Source: Terriglobia bacterium | GTDB taxonomy: Bacteria; Acidobacteriota; Terriglobia; JAJPHL01; JAPKYU01 | Assembly (NCBI GenBank): GCA_965206645.1 | Contig: CBDBKE010000002.1 | Location: 256,001-320,000, forward strand | Direction of reading: 5' to 3' | Length of the DNA: 64,000 bases | Shown: piece after piece, positions 23,742 to 33,686 of the stretch | Layout of the letters: every line of letters starts with the position of its first letter | Numbering within the stretch: the first letter of the stretch is position 1 | Translations under genes and position numbers: made by a program | The notes under the pieces: generated by a model | The model's database searches: none | What the model saw: the letters and a program-made list of their open reading frames with translations, nothing else | What the model was told of the DNA's origin: nothing

Positions 23742-25541
23742 CTAGTCGCTCGCGGGGGTTTTGCCGCACTCGCCGGCCAGTGTGGCCCACCCGCGGCGGG
23801 AAAAGTCCCAGTAGAGGTAGGCACCCGCAGCAGCCCCCAGCGCCAGAAACAGGAGTCCTTCGACGAAAAACCCAAGGATGATCTTGCCGATGCCAAACAG
23901 GGCAAAATACACCAGCAGGCAGCCGGCCACCCAATCCAGGAAGTTGTACCAGCCGTCGCGTACCGGTGGGACCTCCGGCGCCAGGCGGGCGATGGGTTTC
24001 CAGAAAGTGTAGTTAGGCCGGACGCGGCGGTAGAAGTTGAGCAGCACGCGCTCGGGCTCCGGCGCCGTCAGGTAGGTTGCGGCCAGCCAGACCACGGTGG
24101 TAACCGCCACGGTGATCAGTGTGCGCTTGGCAAAAACCAACGTGTCGCTACCAACGAAGCTGACGGCAGTGTACACGACCAGCGAGGTGACGAAGGCGCT
24201 CACCATGGCCGAGATTTCGCTCCAGGCGTTGATGCGCCACCAATACCAACGCAGCAGGTAGACGGTGCCGGTGCCCGCACCGATGTTGATGAGCAACTGC
24301 CAGGCGTCCTGAATCGAAGTCAGGAAAAAGGTCACCACGCCCGAGATGACCATCAGCAGCACGGTGAAGAGACGCGAAGCCAGCACGTAATGGCCTTCGC
24401 TGCGCCCGGCGGCCAGAAATCTCCGGTACAGGTCATTAACCAGATAGGAGGAGCCCCAGTTCAGGTGCGTGGCGATGGTGGACATGTAGGCGGCAAGGAA
24501 GGCGGCCAGCATGGCGCCACGCAGGCTGGCCGGCAGGCAATCTATTAGCACGCGGACATAGCCGGTTTCCGGGTCCTCCAGATTGGGATAAAGGATGGCC
24601 GCGGCCAGCGCCACCACAATCCAGGGCCAGGGACGCAGGGCGTAGTGGGCGATATTGAACCAGAGTGTAGCCAAAAGGGAATGCCGCTCGTCTTTGGCGC
24701 AGAAGATGCGCTGAGCCACGTAGCCGCCGCCGCCCGGCTCGGCACCGGGATACCAGCTCGCCCACCAGTTCACTCCCACGTAAACGAAGAAGGCGAGCAC
24801 GGGCATCCAGACGGAATCCAGCTCGGGCAGGAACGACAGGATGGAACCCTGGCCGCCGCCGGCCGCGGCCCGGGCCGCATCCAGGGCGGCCAGCTTCATC
24901 TTCATCGCCGCCATGCCGCCCACCGCGTCCACCGCGTAGAACGCCAGGGTGATGGTCATGCCCATCATCAGGGCGAACTGGAAGAAGTCGGTGACCAGCA
25001 CCCCCCACAGTCCCGCGATGGTGGTGTAGATGCCGGTGAACAGCAGGCAGAACAGGACGGCGTGCCACTTCTCGAGGCCCAGGGTGAGCGTCAGGATTTT
25101 GACCATCGCCAGGTTCACCCAGCCCATGATGATCGCGTTCATCAGCACGCCCAAGTAGACGGCGCGAAAGCCGCGCAGCAGGGCCGCTGGCCGGCCACTG
25201 TAGCGAAGCTCCACGAGCTCAATGTCGGTGACCACCTCGGCGCGCCGCCAGAGCCGGGCGAAGAAGAACACGGTCATCATCCCGCTCAGCAGGTAGCACC
25301 ACCACAGCCAGTTGCCGGCGATGCCGTTGCGCACCGTCATGCCGGTGACGGCCAGCGGCGTGTCGGCGGCGAAAGTGGTCGCCACCATGGCCGTGCCCGC
25401 CAGCCACCAGGGCACGTTCCGGCCAGAGAGGAAAAACTCGCCGGTACTGGAGCCGGCCCGCTTGCGGTAGTAGAGCCCGATGAGGAGGGTGAATAAGAAG
25501 TAGGCGCCGATGACGGTCCAGTCCACCCAGGTCAGAATCAC
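23742..25541 (-). CDS. Sodium:solute symporter (SSS) family transporter
   Basis: GTG start overlapping the upstream TGA; FFLSGRNVPWW, ATTFAADTPL and AAYMST motifs; about 14 hydrophobic segments. Confidence 0.93.
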   Translation of the reverse strand: MILTWVDWTVIGAYFLFTLLIGLYYRKRAGSSTGEFFLSGRNVPWWLAGTAMVATTFAADTPLAVTGMTVRNGIAGNWLWWCYLLSGMMTVFFFARLWRRAEVVTDIELVELRYSGRPAALLRGFRAVYLGVLMNAIIMGWVNLAMVKILTLTLGLEKWHAVLFCLLFTGIYTTIAGLWGVLVTDFFQFALMMGMTITLAFYAVDAVGGMAAMKMKLAALDAARAAAGGGQGSILSFLPELDSVWMPVLAFFVYVGVNWWASWYPGAEPGGGGYVAQRIFCAKDERHSLLATLWFNIAHYALRPWPWIVVALAAAILYPNLEDPETGYVRVLIDCLPASLRGAMLAAFLAAYMSTIATHLNWGSSYLVNDLYRRFLAAGRSEGHYVLASRLFTVLLMVISGVVTFFLTSIQDAWQLLINIGAGTGTVYLLRWYWWRINAWSEISAMVSAFVTSLVVYTAVSFVGSDTLVFAKRTLITVAVTTVVWLAATYLTAPEPERVLLNFYRRVRPNYTFWKPIARLAPEVPPVRDGWYNFLDWVAGCLLVYFALFGIGKIILGFFVEGLLFLALGAAAGAYLYWDFSRRGWATLAGECGKTPASD

Positions 25542-26719
25542 CGCAGTGCCTCTACCACAGCGTTGTGCACCGCCGGACGCACCTTGCGGATCTGTATGTT
25601 CTCGCGCGTAGGGTGGACACGGTTGCTCAGCAATACCACGAACAGCTGCTTTTCCGGGTCCACCCAGAGCGACGTGCCCGTGAAGCCCGTATGGCCGAAC
25701 GAGCGCGGGGAGAAGTGCGCGCCGGCCGAGGACCCTTTGAGCGAAGGCGTGTCCCAACCCAGCGCTCGCGTACGGCCGGCGCGGCCGGCCGGCCGGGCAG
25801 TGAACTTCTCGATCGTGCGGCGCTGCAGGATACGGCGACCGCCGTAGGCGCCGCCGTTTAGCATCATCTGGGCGAAGACCGCCAGGTCCCGCGCCGTGGA
25901 GAACAACCCGGCGTGGCCGGCCACCCCATTCATCACCCAGGCGTGCTCGTCGTGCACTTCGCCCCGGATCAGCCGCTTCCGGAACAGGTCGTCCTGTTCG
26001 GTCGGGGCGATGCGCACCCGTAGGCACTTGGGGGGTTGGTAAAGGGTGTCCTTCATACCCAACGGTTCAAACACTCGCCTCCGCAGGAATTGATCCAGGG
26101 GCTGGCCGGCGACCAGTCCGATGATTTCCCCCAGCAGGATCATGCCAAAATCGCTGTAGACAAACTTCTGCCCGGGCCGGACGGTCAGTGGCATGGCGTA
26201 AATCCGTTTCAACAGGGCTTGCTTGTCACGGGCTTTGCGAAACAGCCTCTCGTAGGCGGGCAGTCCGGAGGTGTGCGTCAGCAATTGCCGCACCGTGATC
26301 CGGTCATGGGCGGCAACGCCACCGAACTCCGGCAAGTAGCGCACCAGCGGAGTCTCCAACCGGAGCTTGCCTTGCTGGTAGAGCAGGGCGGCGGCGGTCG
26401 TGGTCCCTACCACTTTTGAAATCGAGGCCAGGTCATAGATGGTATCGGTGGCAACCGCAGGAGATTCCCGCGAGTAGTCAAATTTCCCGAAAGCTTCCAG
26501 CGCCACCAGCTCGCCCCGGTAGCCTACTGCAAGTACGGCACCGGGAAACGCCCTGGTAGCGACGGCTTTCTCCATGGCCTGGAACGCCGTTCGGAAACGT
26601 TCCTGCTGGCCTGCGGTGGCATCCCTCAGTTTCGCGACGCTCGCTGCGGTTTTCGCGCTGAGCGGCGCAACTGGGGAAATGAGCGGGAGCAGAAAAAGTA
26701 CCGTGGCGATACGCTGCAT
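25538..26719 (-). CDS. Secreted beta-lactamase-fold serine hydrolase (AmiE-like)
   Basis: Signal peptide; SxxK (ASISK), LLTHTSG, YSD, GEVHD, AGHAGLFST and FGHTGFTG. Start may instead be 26749. Confidence 0.88.
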   Translation of the reverse strand: MQRIATVLFLLPLISPVAPLSAKTAASVAKLRDATAGQQERFRTAFQAMEKAVATRAFPGAVLAVGYRGELVALEAFGKFDYSRESPAVATDTIYDLASISKVVGTTTAAALLYQQGKLRLETPLVRYLPEFGGVAAHDRITVRQLLTHTSGLPAYERLFRKARDKQALLKRIYAMPLTVRPGQKFVYSDFGMILLGEIIGLVAGQPLDQFLRRRVFEPLGMKDTLYQPPKCLRVRIAPTEQDDLFRKRLIRGEVHDEHAWVMNGVAGHAGLFSTARDLAVFAQMMLNGGAYGGRRILQRRTIEKFTARPAGRAGRTRALGWDTPSLKGSSAGAHFSPRSFGHTGFTGTSLWVDPEKQLFVVLLSNRVHPTRENIQIRKVRPAVHNAVVEALR

Positions 26720-26782
26720 CGGGAAGATGCAAAAGACCAGCTTGAACATGGGAATGAACTGCGGAAGCAGAGGTGCGGTCTG

Positions 26783-28231
26783 CTATGCCAACAGCTTGTG
26801 GACCACTTCGCCGGCGACATCGGTGAGCCGAAAATCCCGCCCCATGTGCCGGAACGTCAATCGCTCGTGATCCAGACCTAGGCAGTGCAGGAGAGTGGCA
26901 TGCAGGTCGTGCATGTGAATCTTGTCTTCTACGATCCGCAGGCCCAAGTCGTCCGTTTGCCCGACGACCTGTCCACTCTTGATGCCTCCCCCCGCCATCC
27001 AGATGCAGAAGGCAAACGGGTGGTGGTCTCTCCCCTCGCCGCCCTTGTCCGGGTCGTTGCTCTGCACCATGGGAGTGCGCCCAAACTCCCCTCCCCAAAT
27101 GACCAGCGTGGAGTCGAGCAGACCGCGCTGCTTCAGGTCCTTCAGCAATGCGGCGGCAGGCTGGTCGACGGTCTCGCAGTTCTTCTCGAGTTTTTTGAGA
27201 AGGCCGGTATGGTGGTCCCAATTCCCGTGCATCAACTGCACAAAGCGCACGCCGCGCTCGACCATCCTTCGGGCCAGCAGGCAGTTGGTGCCGAAGGCCT
27301 TGGTTGATTCTTTGTTCACGCCGTACATCTCCAGGGTATCGGGTGATTCCTCCGACAGATCCACCAGCTCCGGAGCGGCCATCTGCATCCGGAACGCCAG
27401 CTCGTAGGAGGCGATGCGTGAAGCGATTTCCATGTCCCCGGTTTCCAGGCGGTTCATCTCGTTCAGGTCTCGGAGACCGTCGAGAGTAGATCGTTGCAGC
27501 TCCTGATCGATGCCCCGTGGATTGGACAGGTACAGGACCGGGTCACCACTGCTCCGGAAAGGAACACCCTGGTAGGTGGACGGGAGAAATCCGCTGGACC
27601 AGTTCCCAGTGCCTGCCCCTGGAGAGGTGCCCCCAGAGCGGAGCACGACAAAACCCGGCAGGCTCTCCGACTCGCTCCCCAGACCGTAGAGGGTCCACGC
27701 GCCTATCGTGGGGCGCCCCACTAATGGTGACCCGCACTGCAGCATTATCTGGGCCGGGTGGTGGTTGAACTGCTCCGTGTACATCGACCGGATCATGCAG
27801 ATGTCGTCGGCACGGCTCGCCATGTGCGGCAGCCAATCCGAGAACTCAATGCCGCTTTGCCCGTAGCGCCGGAACGAGCGCGGGCTCGCCCAAACCTTGG
27901 CCGTCGGTTTGATAAAGGCCAATTTCAAACCCTTGGTCATGGAAGGCGGCAGTGACTGGCCTTCCCATTTCTTCATCTCCGGCTTGGGATCGAACAGATC
28001 GACTTGACTCGGCCCGCCGTCCATGAACAGGAAGATGACGTTCTTAGTCCTTGCCGGAAAATGGGGCGCCTTCAGCGCCAGAGGATTGATATTCGGTGAC
28101 GCTTCCTCAGCGCTTCCCGCCCTTCCTTCGCGGGCCAGCAAGTGCCAGAGAGCGATCGTGCCCACCCCACCTGCACAGTCCCGGAAGAAACTGCGCCGGG
28201 TCTGAATCTGCTTGAGACCTTCAAAGTTCAT
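26783..28231 (-). CDS. DUF1501 protein (Tat signal)
   Basis: TRRSFF, GGPSQVDLFDPKP, LARRMVERGVRF, WDHH, GEFGRTP and GRDH. Confidence 0.93.
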   Translation of the reverse strand: MNFEGLKQIQTRRSFFRDCAGGVGTIALWHLLAREGRAGSAEEASPNINPLALKAPHFPARTKNVIFLFMDGGPSQVDLFDPKPEMKKWEGQSLPPSMTKGLKLAFIKPTAKVWASPRSFRRYGQSGIEFSDWLPHMASRADDICMIRSMYTEQFNHHPAQIMLQCGSPLVGRPTIGAWTLYGLGSESESLPGFVVLRSGGTSPGAGTGNWSSGFLPSTYQGVPFRSSGDPVLYLSNPRGIDQELQRSTLDGLRDLNEMNRLETGDMEIASRIASYELAFRMQMAAPELVDLSEESPDTLEMYGVNKESTKAFGTNCLLARRMVERGVRFVQLMHGNWDHHTGLLKKLEKNCETVDQPAAALLKDLKQRGLLDSTLVIWGGEFGRTPMVQSNDPDKGGEGRDHHPFAFCIWMAGGGIKSGQVVGQTDDLGLRIVEDKIHMHDLHATLLHCLGLDHERLTFRHMGRDFRLTDVAGEVVHKLLA

Positions 28232-28384
28232 GGTTTCACCCCTCCCATGGAAGGAGAAGGCGATCTCCTACACTGACGCGCTACGTTCGGCCCAGGACTC
28301 TTGAAAGGGAACACAACCATCTCTTCTTATGCCCGGCCTCAGGCGCCGCAGCCGCCGGATCTGCAGTCCCACCAAGACCGTTTC

Positions 28385-29578
28385 TCAGGCGGCACGAACA
28401 ATCTTGTGGGGATCGAGGATGAACTTTTTGGCCGCACCCTTGTCGAAGTCCTCGTACCCCTTCGGGGATTCGTCGAGCGAGATCACGGTGACGTTCACCG
28501 CCTTGGCGATCTGAATCTTGTCATAGAGAATCGCCTGCATCAGTCCTCGGTGGTACCGCATCACCGGGCACTGGCCAGTCGTAAAGAAATGGGACTTGGC
28601 CCACCCCAGCCCGATGCGAATGCCGAGCCGGCCAATTCTGGCGGCTTCGTCCACGCCGCCGGGATCACCGGTGACGTACAAACCAGGGATGCCGAGCGCC
28701 CCGCCGGCCCGAGTAACTTCCATCAGCGAATTCAAAACGGTGGCGGGTTGCTCCACACCACTTTCCTTACCATGCCCGCGGGCTTCGAAACCCACGCAAT
28801 CGACGGCACTGTCGACTTCGGGAACTCCGACAATCTGGTCAATCTGGTCGGCAAGCGAGGCGTCCTTACGCAGGTCCACGGTTTCGCAGCCGAAGCTGCG
28901 CGCCTGCGCCAGGCGCTCCGGGATCATGTCGCCAACAATGACGCAGGCAGCGCCCAACAGGTGACAGGAAGCGGCACAGGCCAGGCCAACCGGACCTGCG
29001 CCGGCCACGTAGACAATGGTCCCCGTCGTCACCCCAGCAGTCACCGCCCCGTGGTAGCCGGTAGGGAAAATATCGGACAACAGTGCCAGGTCCCCGATCT
29101 TGGCCATCGCCTGATCTTTATTGGGAAACTTCAGCAGGTTGAAATCAGCATAAGGAACCAGCACATACTCAGCCTGCCCGCCGACCCAACCGCCCATGTC
29201 CACGTACCCGTAAGCCGCGCCCGGCCGGGCGGGGTTCACGTTCAGACAGATCCCCGTCTTCCCCTCCTTGCAGTTCCGGCAGCGGCCGCAGGCGATATTG
29301 AAGGGAACAGAGACCAAGTCGCCGACTTTGATGAATTCCACATCGCGGCCCGCCTCGATGACCTCGCCGGTAATCTCATGGCCAAGAATCAGTCCGGCCA
29401 GAGCAGTCGTACGGCCCCGCACCATGTGTTGATCGCTGCCGCAGATGTTGGTGGCAACGATCTTGAGAATCACTCCGTGCTCGCATTTCCTCGAGCCCAG
29501 CTCAAGCTTCGGAAAATCGATGGATTGTACTTCCACCTTCCTCGGCCCCATATATGCTACGCCGCGGTTTGATGCCAT
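28385..29578 (-). CDS. fdhA: Glutathione-independent formaldehyde dehydrogenase
   Basis: MASNRGVAY, NICGSDQHMVRGRT, GHE, CGRCRNC, GGQAEY, LSDIFPTG and GLYVTGDPG. Confidence 0.95.
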   Translation of the reverse strand: MASNRGVAYMGPRKVEVQSIDFPKLELGSRKCEHGVILKIVATNICGSDQHMVRGRTTALAGLILGHEITGEVIEAGRDVEFIKVGDLVSVPFNIACGRCRNCKEGKTGICLNVNPARPGAAYGYVDMGGWVGGQAEYVLVPYADFNLLKFPNKDQAMAKIGDLALLSDIFPTGYHGAVTAGVTTGTIVYVAGAGPVGLACAASCHLLGAACVIVGDMIPERLAQARSFGCETVDLRKDASLADQIDQIVGVPEVDSAVDCVGFEARGHGKESGVEQPATVLNSLMEVTRAGGALGIPGLYVTGDPGGVDEAARIGRLGIRIGLGWAKSHFFTTGQCPVMRYHRGLMQAILYDKIQIAKAVNVTVISLDESPKGYEDFDKGAAKKFILDPHKIVRAA

Positions 29579-29709
29579 AGTGTCTCCTCTTGCCAGCGGT
29601 TGGTTCGTCTCATGCCATGCCCGCTGCCAATGATCCGTTGACGTTAGATTACACTTTTAAGCCACCAGCTTCCCCACGTCCTTCTCGGGGAAAAGGCCCC
29701 AGCCGGGAG

Positions 29710-31059
29710 CTAGACCAGTTCGTGGACGGGTATGCCGGTCGCATCGTCAATCGAGTTGGCGATCTTGACCGGCCGCCCAATCGGGCTCATGTAGGTCTTT
29801 TCCCAATCGATGCCCAACGCCTTGTAAATTGTGGCGTAGAGGTCCCCCATGGTGACCTGTCGGTCGGCAACATAAAGTCCTTTGGCGTCGCTGGCACCAA
29901 TGACCTGACCACCGCGGATGCCTCCGCCGCCAATAGCCAGCGACCAGCACTTCGGCCAGTGGTCGCGGCCATGATTCGGATTTTTCAGAGTCCGCCCAAA
30001 CTCACCCATGGCGATGACAATGGTAGACTCCAGCAACCCCCGCTGTTCGAGATCCTCCAACAGCGCGGAAAAGGCCTGATCGAAGGGAGGCGTGAGGTCC
30101 TCACGGAGCCTCCGATCGTTATCCGCGTGGGTATCCCACGCGATGTGTTTGTAGCCCGCTGCCGTCACGAAGCGGCTGCCGGCTTCCACCAGCCGCCGCG
30201 CCAGCAGAACGCTCTGACCGAAGCGGTGGCTGCCATAAGCCTCTTTGGTCTTTTCCGACTCTTTCGAGAGATCAAATGCTTTCTTGACCGAAGGAGTCAG
30301 CAACATTTTTAGGGCTTGGTCCGTGAAGCTGTCCAGCTTCGCGTGTTCGGCCCTCTCCACCCTCCGCCGGTAAAGATCGTCCACCACCTTGAGGAAAGAC
30401 CGCCGATCCGCGATCCGTTCCGTCGAGATCGACTTCGGCAGGATCAGGTCCGGCACCTCGAAGTCTTTCGCGCTGGGGTCGCCCAGGACCATCGGGTCGT
30501 ACTCGGCCCCTGCGAAGCTGGCCTTCATGTACCCCATGATCTGCGGTTCCCTCCCCAGCTCGGGTTCAAAGACGTACGGGGGCACATTGTTCCGGGTTCC
30601 CATCTCCCTGGCAACGATGGAGCCCAAGCTTGGAAAGCGCATCGCCGAACTGGGCCGGTGACCCGTTACCGCGTAGTGAATTGCCTGCGAATGGTTGGTT
30701 TCCTCGGTGTGCATGGAACGAATAATGCCCAGCTTGTCCATATGCCTGGCTACCCGGGGCAGCAGCTCGGAAATCTGGATACCCGCGACGTTCGTAGGAA
30801 TCGGCTTGAAAGCGCTTTCCGGCTTCGGGTCCCAGGTATCATACTGACTGGGCCCTCCTTCCAGCCAGAGCAGGATACAGGCCTTTGCCTTCGCTTTCTT
30901 GCGGGCCTCGCTGACTTCGGCGGCTGCCAGCTGGCTCTCCAGTTCGAAGAATTGTCGCAGACCGATACCCAACATACCCAGTGAGCCGGCGCGGAGGAAG
31001 TATCGCCGTCCCAAGTCAGGTCCTGCACAGTGTGCGCATCCAGCCTTGTCCGTTTTCAT
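29710..31059 (-). CDS. DUF1501 protein (Tat signal)
   Basis: GRRYFL, GGPSQYDTWDPKP, WDTH, GEFGRT and GRDHW. Confidence 0.92.
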   Translation of the reverse strand: MKTDKAGCAHCAGPDLGRRYFLRAGSLGMLGIGLRQFFELESQLAAAEVSEARKKAKAKACILLWLEGGPSQYDTWDPKPESAFKPIPTNVAGIQISELLPRVARHMDKLGIIRSMHTEETNHSQAIHYAVTGHRPSSAMRFPSLGSIVAREMGTRNNVPPYVFEPELGREPQIMGYMKASFAGAEYDPMVLGDPSAKDFEVPDLILPKSISTERIADRRSFLKVVDDLYRRRVERAEHAKLDSFTDQALKMLLTPSVKKAFDLSKESEKTKEAYGSHRFGQSVLLARRLVEAGSRFVTAAGYKHIAWDTHADNDRRLREDLTPPFDQAFSALLEDLEQRGLLESTIVIAMGEFGRTLKNPNHGRDHWPKCWSLAIGGGGIRGGQVIGASDAKGLYVADRQVTMGDLYATIYKALGIDWEKTYMSPIGRPVKIANSIDDATGIPVHELV

Positions 31060-31077
31060 TGCTCTTTTCCCTTCCCT

Positions 31078-33663
31078 TCAGTGATTCTCCGAGAACTCTC
31101 GCGACGTCAGCAGTCCCCAGAGCAGATTTTGAAATGCCTCTCTGCGCGAGGATTGCTCGGAAACCATCTTTTCCAGTCTTGAGCGCTCCTGCTGCGTTGG
31201 AAACCGCGAAAGTGTCAAAAGGTAAAGCTCCTCGATGAGCTTCGCGTTGGAAGCCTCGCTTTCAAGCTTGCCCTCGACTTCTGCCAAGAACTTCTCCTGC
31301 AACATCTGCTCCAGCCGGGCTCCCGGCTTCGCGATCTTGTCGATGAAGGTATAGCCAGCCAGCATGTGCAGCGCCTGTCCCAGACTTACCTCGCCTGTCC
31401 GCTCCGGCACTATAGTCCGAACCATGGGCTGGCCGTAGAGGCTCAAAACTCGGGATACAAATATGTCGGGTACCTTCACATTGATCGCCCGTGTCCCGAT
31501 CTCCAGAGTGCCCGGCTTGTCGTGGCTCTGCTCGAATACCTCCGGCACACCTGTCACGTAAGAGATCACGTCGATCAGCACTTCTGCATCCAGGAGCCGC
31601 GGCAGAGCGTGAGAATAGTTGATGCGGTCGTCCTTGTTGGTCTCGTTCGGCTGGCTGGAAAGCTGGTAGGTCCGGGAGTTGACGATCGTGCGCATCAGAC
31701 GCCTCAGGTCATAGCCGTGATCTCGGAAGTCCTTGGCCAGCGCCTGAAGCAGCTCCGGATGCGTCGCCGGATTGGTCGAGCGGAAATCATCCACCGGATC
31801 CACAATTCCTCTTCCGAAGAAATAACCCCAGAACCGGTTCACCGCAGCCTCGGCGAAGTAGGGGTGGGAAACCATCCATTCCGCCAGCTTCAGTCGCGGG
31901 TCCACCTGATCCTCTTCGAGCAAAACTGTGCCATCGAGAAAGGTTGGCTTGACCTCCTGCTTGGTCTTGGGATGTAGAACCTTCTTCTCCCTGCCAATCG
32001 CCACGTCCTGGCCTTCGGGGCTCTCATAAATGACCGTGCCGTACTCTTCTCCTCTGCCTCCCACCAAGTCCTTGCGTCCGAAGAAAGCAGTCAGCCCCCA
32101 GAACTGGTCCTGGCTCCAGGCCTCAAAGGGGTGATTGTGACACTGAGCGCAATCGAACCGCCTCCCCATAAGGACTCGGAACTCTTCGGCCATTTGGGCT
32201 TCGGGATGTCCGACGTCCGCGTTATTCAGGAAGTGGCGGGAGGCAGGGCTGTAGCCGATGGCGGTCAGCCTCTCCCGGGCCACCTGATCATAAGGCTTAT
32301 TCGTGACCACGTTGTCTCGCAGCCACTCCCTGTACGTCTCTGCCCACCTGGCGTTATTTCCATTTGCGTAAAACGCGACACGGAACAGATCGGCGAAACG
32401 GAACGTCCAGTAGTCCACGAATTCCGGCGTGTTCAGCAGAACTTCGACCACTTTCTGCCGTTTCTGCCGATTCTTGCTCGCCGCAAACTTGCGCACCCGC
32501 GACGGCGGCGGCAGGGTCCCGGTCAGGTCCAGGCAGACACGACGCAGGAACTCCGTATCACTGGAAAGCTTGGAAGGGATGATGTTGAACTTCTTCAGTT
32601 TGGCGAACACATGGTCGTCGATGAAGTTGTGGCGCGGCACTTTCGGATACCGCGCGATGGGCTTGGCCACCACGCCCACCCGGGCGCTCACCGCAAACCC
32701 CGATGCCCGAACAATCACCGAAGTTTCCCCCGTCCGCACCGCAGCCACCTGGCCTTGCTCATCCACCTTCACCACCTCGGAGTTGTTCGAGGCGTACAGG
32801 ACCTGATCGCTGATGTCCTCCTGTTGGCCATTCGACAGATGCGCGGTCACCAGCAGCCGGTGCTTGCCCTCCGGAGCCAGCACCACTTCGTCGGGCTCCA
32901 CCTCGACCCGCACCACCCGCACACTCTCCTTGTCGCCTTCCTCGCCGAACGGCGCGCCGCTCCGCACCCAGTTCAGGATCGTTTCGTAGTCGGCCGAGTT
33001 CGGACGCAAGGGCTGCCCGCCTCCGTGCGGAACCGCCATCGTCGGTTTCGTCAACAGCAGGCTCTTCTCGGGCTCCTTCAGGTTGATCCGCGGAATCTTT
33101 TCACCCGTCTCCGTCGTCAGGACTTGGTAGGTTCCGCCCTTGACAATCCACTTGTAATCATCGCGCGGATACACCGCGTTGAGAGAGAGCTTGAATCCGC
33201 CCTGCCCCTTCACGCCCCCATGACAGGAGCTGTCACTGCAGCCGCGCTTGGTGAGGATTCCGCCAATATCCCGGGCGAAGCTGAACGGGCGGGTCTCCTG
33301 CGAACCCGCCACCCGGACCTTGGTCTTGATCGACCGCCCTCCCAACGAGGCCGTCAAGACTACGCTTCCGTCGGCCAGCGCCACCACGCGCCCCTCCGCA
33401 TCCACCTGCGCCACCTTGGCATCCGAGACCGAGAAACGGCTCTCGGCGGTAACGTCTCGCTCCAGACCGTCGCTGTATTTCCCAATGACCAGGAAATGCT
33501 GGGATGCCTTCGCTCTCCACAGCGTTCGATCCTGGGGGACCAATCGCAAGGACCGCAGTTTGGGAGGGGCCGGCCCGGCCTGCGCAGAGCTCGACAGGCC
33601 CAGAACGGCAGCAACCACAAGGACCGCCCATCGCCTTTTCTTTTCGCCAAACACTCTATTCAC
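31078..33663 (-). CDS. DUF1549/DUF1553 protein with Ig-like (Big_2) domains
   Basis: Signal peptide; CSDSSCHGG; NFIDDHVFAKL; EFLRRVCLDLTG; CAQCHNHPF; GRGIVDPVDD; SREFSENH. Confidence 0.92.
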   Translation of the reverse strand: MNRVFGEKKRRWAVLVVAAVLGLSSSAQAGPAPPKLRSLRLVPQDRTLWRAKASQHFLVIGKYSDGLERDVTAESRFSVSDAKVAQVDAEGRVVALADGSVVLTASLGGRSIKTKVRVAGSQETRPFSFARDIGGILTKRGCSDSSCHGGVKGQGGFKLSLNAVYPRDDYKWIVKGGTYQVLTTETGEKIPRINLKEPEKSLLLTKPTMAVPHGGGQPLRPNSADYETILNWVRSGAPFGEEGDKESVRVVRVEVEPDEVVLAPEGKHRLLVTAHLSNGQQEDISDQVLYASNNSEVVKVDEQGQVAAVRTGETSVIVRASGFAVSARVGVVAKPIARYPKVPRHNFIDDHVFAKLKKFNIIPSKLSSDTEFLRRVCLDLTGTLPPPSRVRKFAASKNRQKRQKVVEVLLNTPEFVDYWTFRFADLFRVAFYANGNNARWAETYREWLRDNVVTNKPYDQVARERLTAIGYSPASRHFLNNADVGHPEAQMAEEFRVLMGRRFDCAQCHNHPFEAWSQDQFWGLTAFFGRKDLVGGRGEEYGTVIYESPEGQDVAIGREKKVLHPKTKQEVKPTFLDGTVLLEEDQVDPRLKLAEWMVSHPYFAEAAVNRFWGYFFGRGIVDPVDDFRSTNPATHPELLQALAKDFRDHGYDLRRLMRTIVNSRTYQLSSQPNETNKDDRINYSHALPRLLDAEVLIDVISYVTGVPEVFEQSHDKPGTLEIGTRAINVKVPDIFVSRVLSLYGQPMVRTIVPERTGEVSLGQALHMLAGYTFIDKIAKPGARLEQMLQEKFLAEVEGKLESEASNAKLIEELYLLTLSRFPTQQERSRLEKMVSEQSSRREAFQNLLWGLLTSREFSENH

Positions 33664-33686
33664 GAACGCCTCCTCAGCTTGTCCCG

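Noticed and set aside
25538-26719. Antibiotic-resistance beta-lactamase
   Set aside because: The GEVHD/AGHAGLFS motifs and the murQ-nagA context fit an AmiE-like peptidoglycan hydrolase better.
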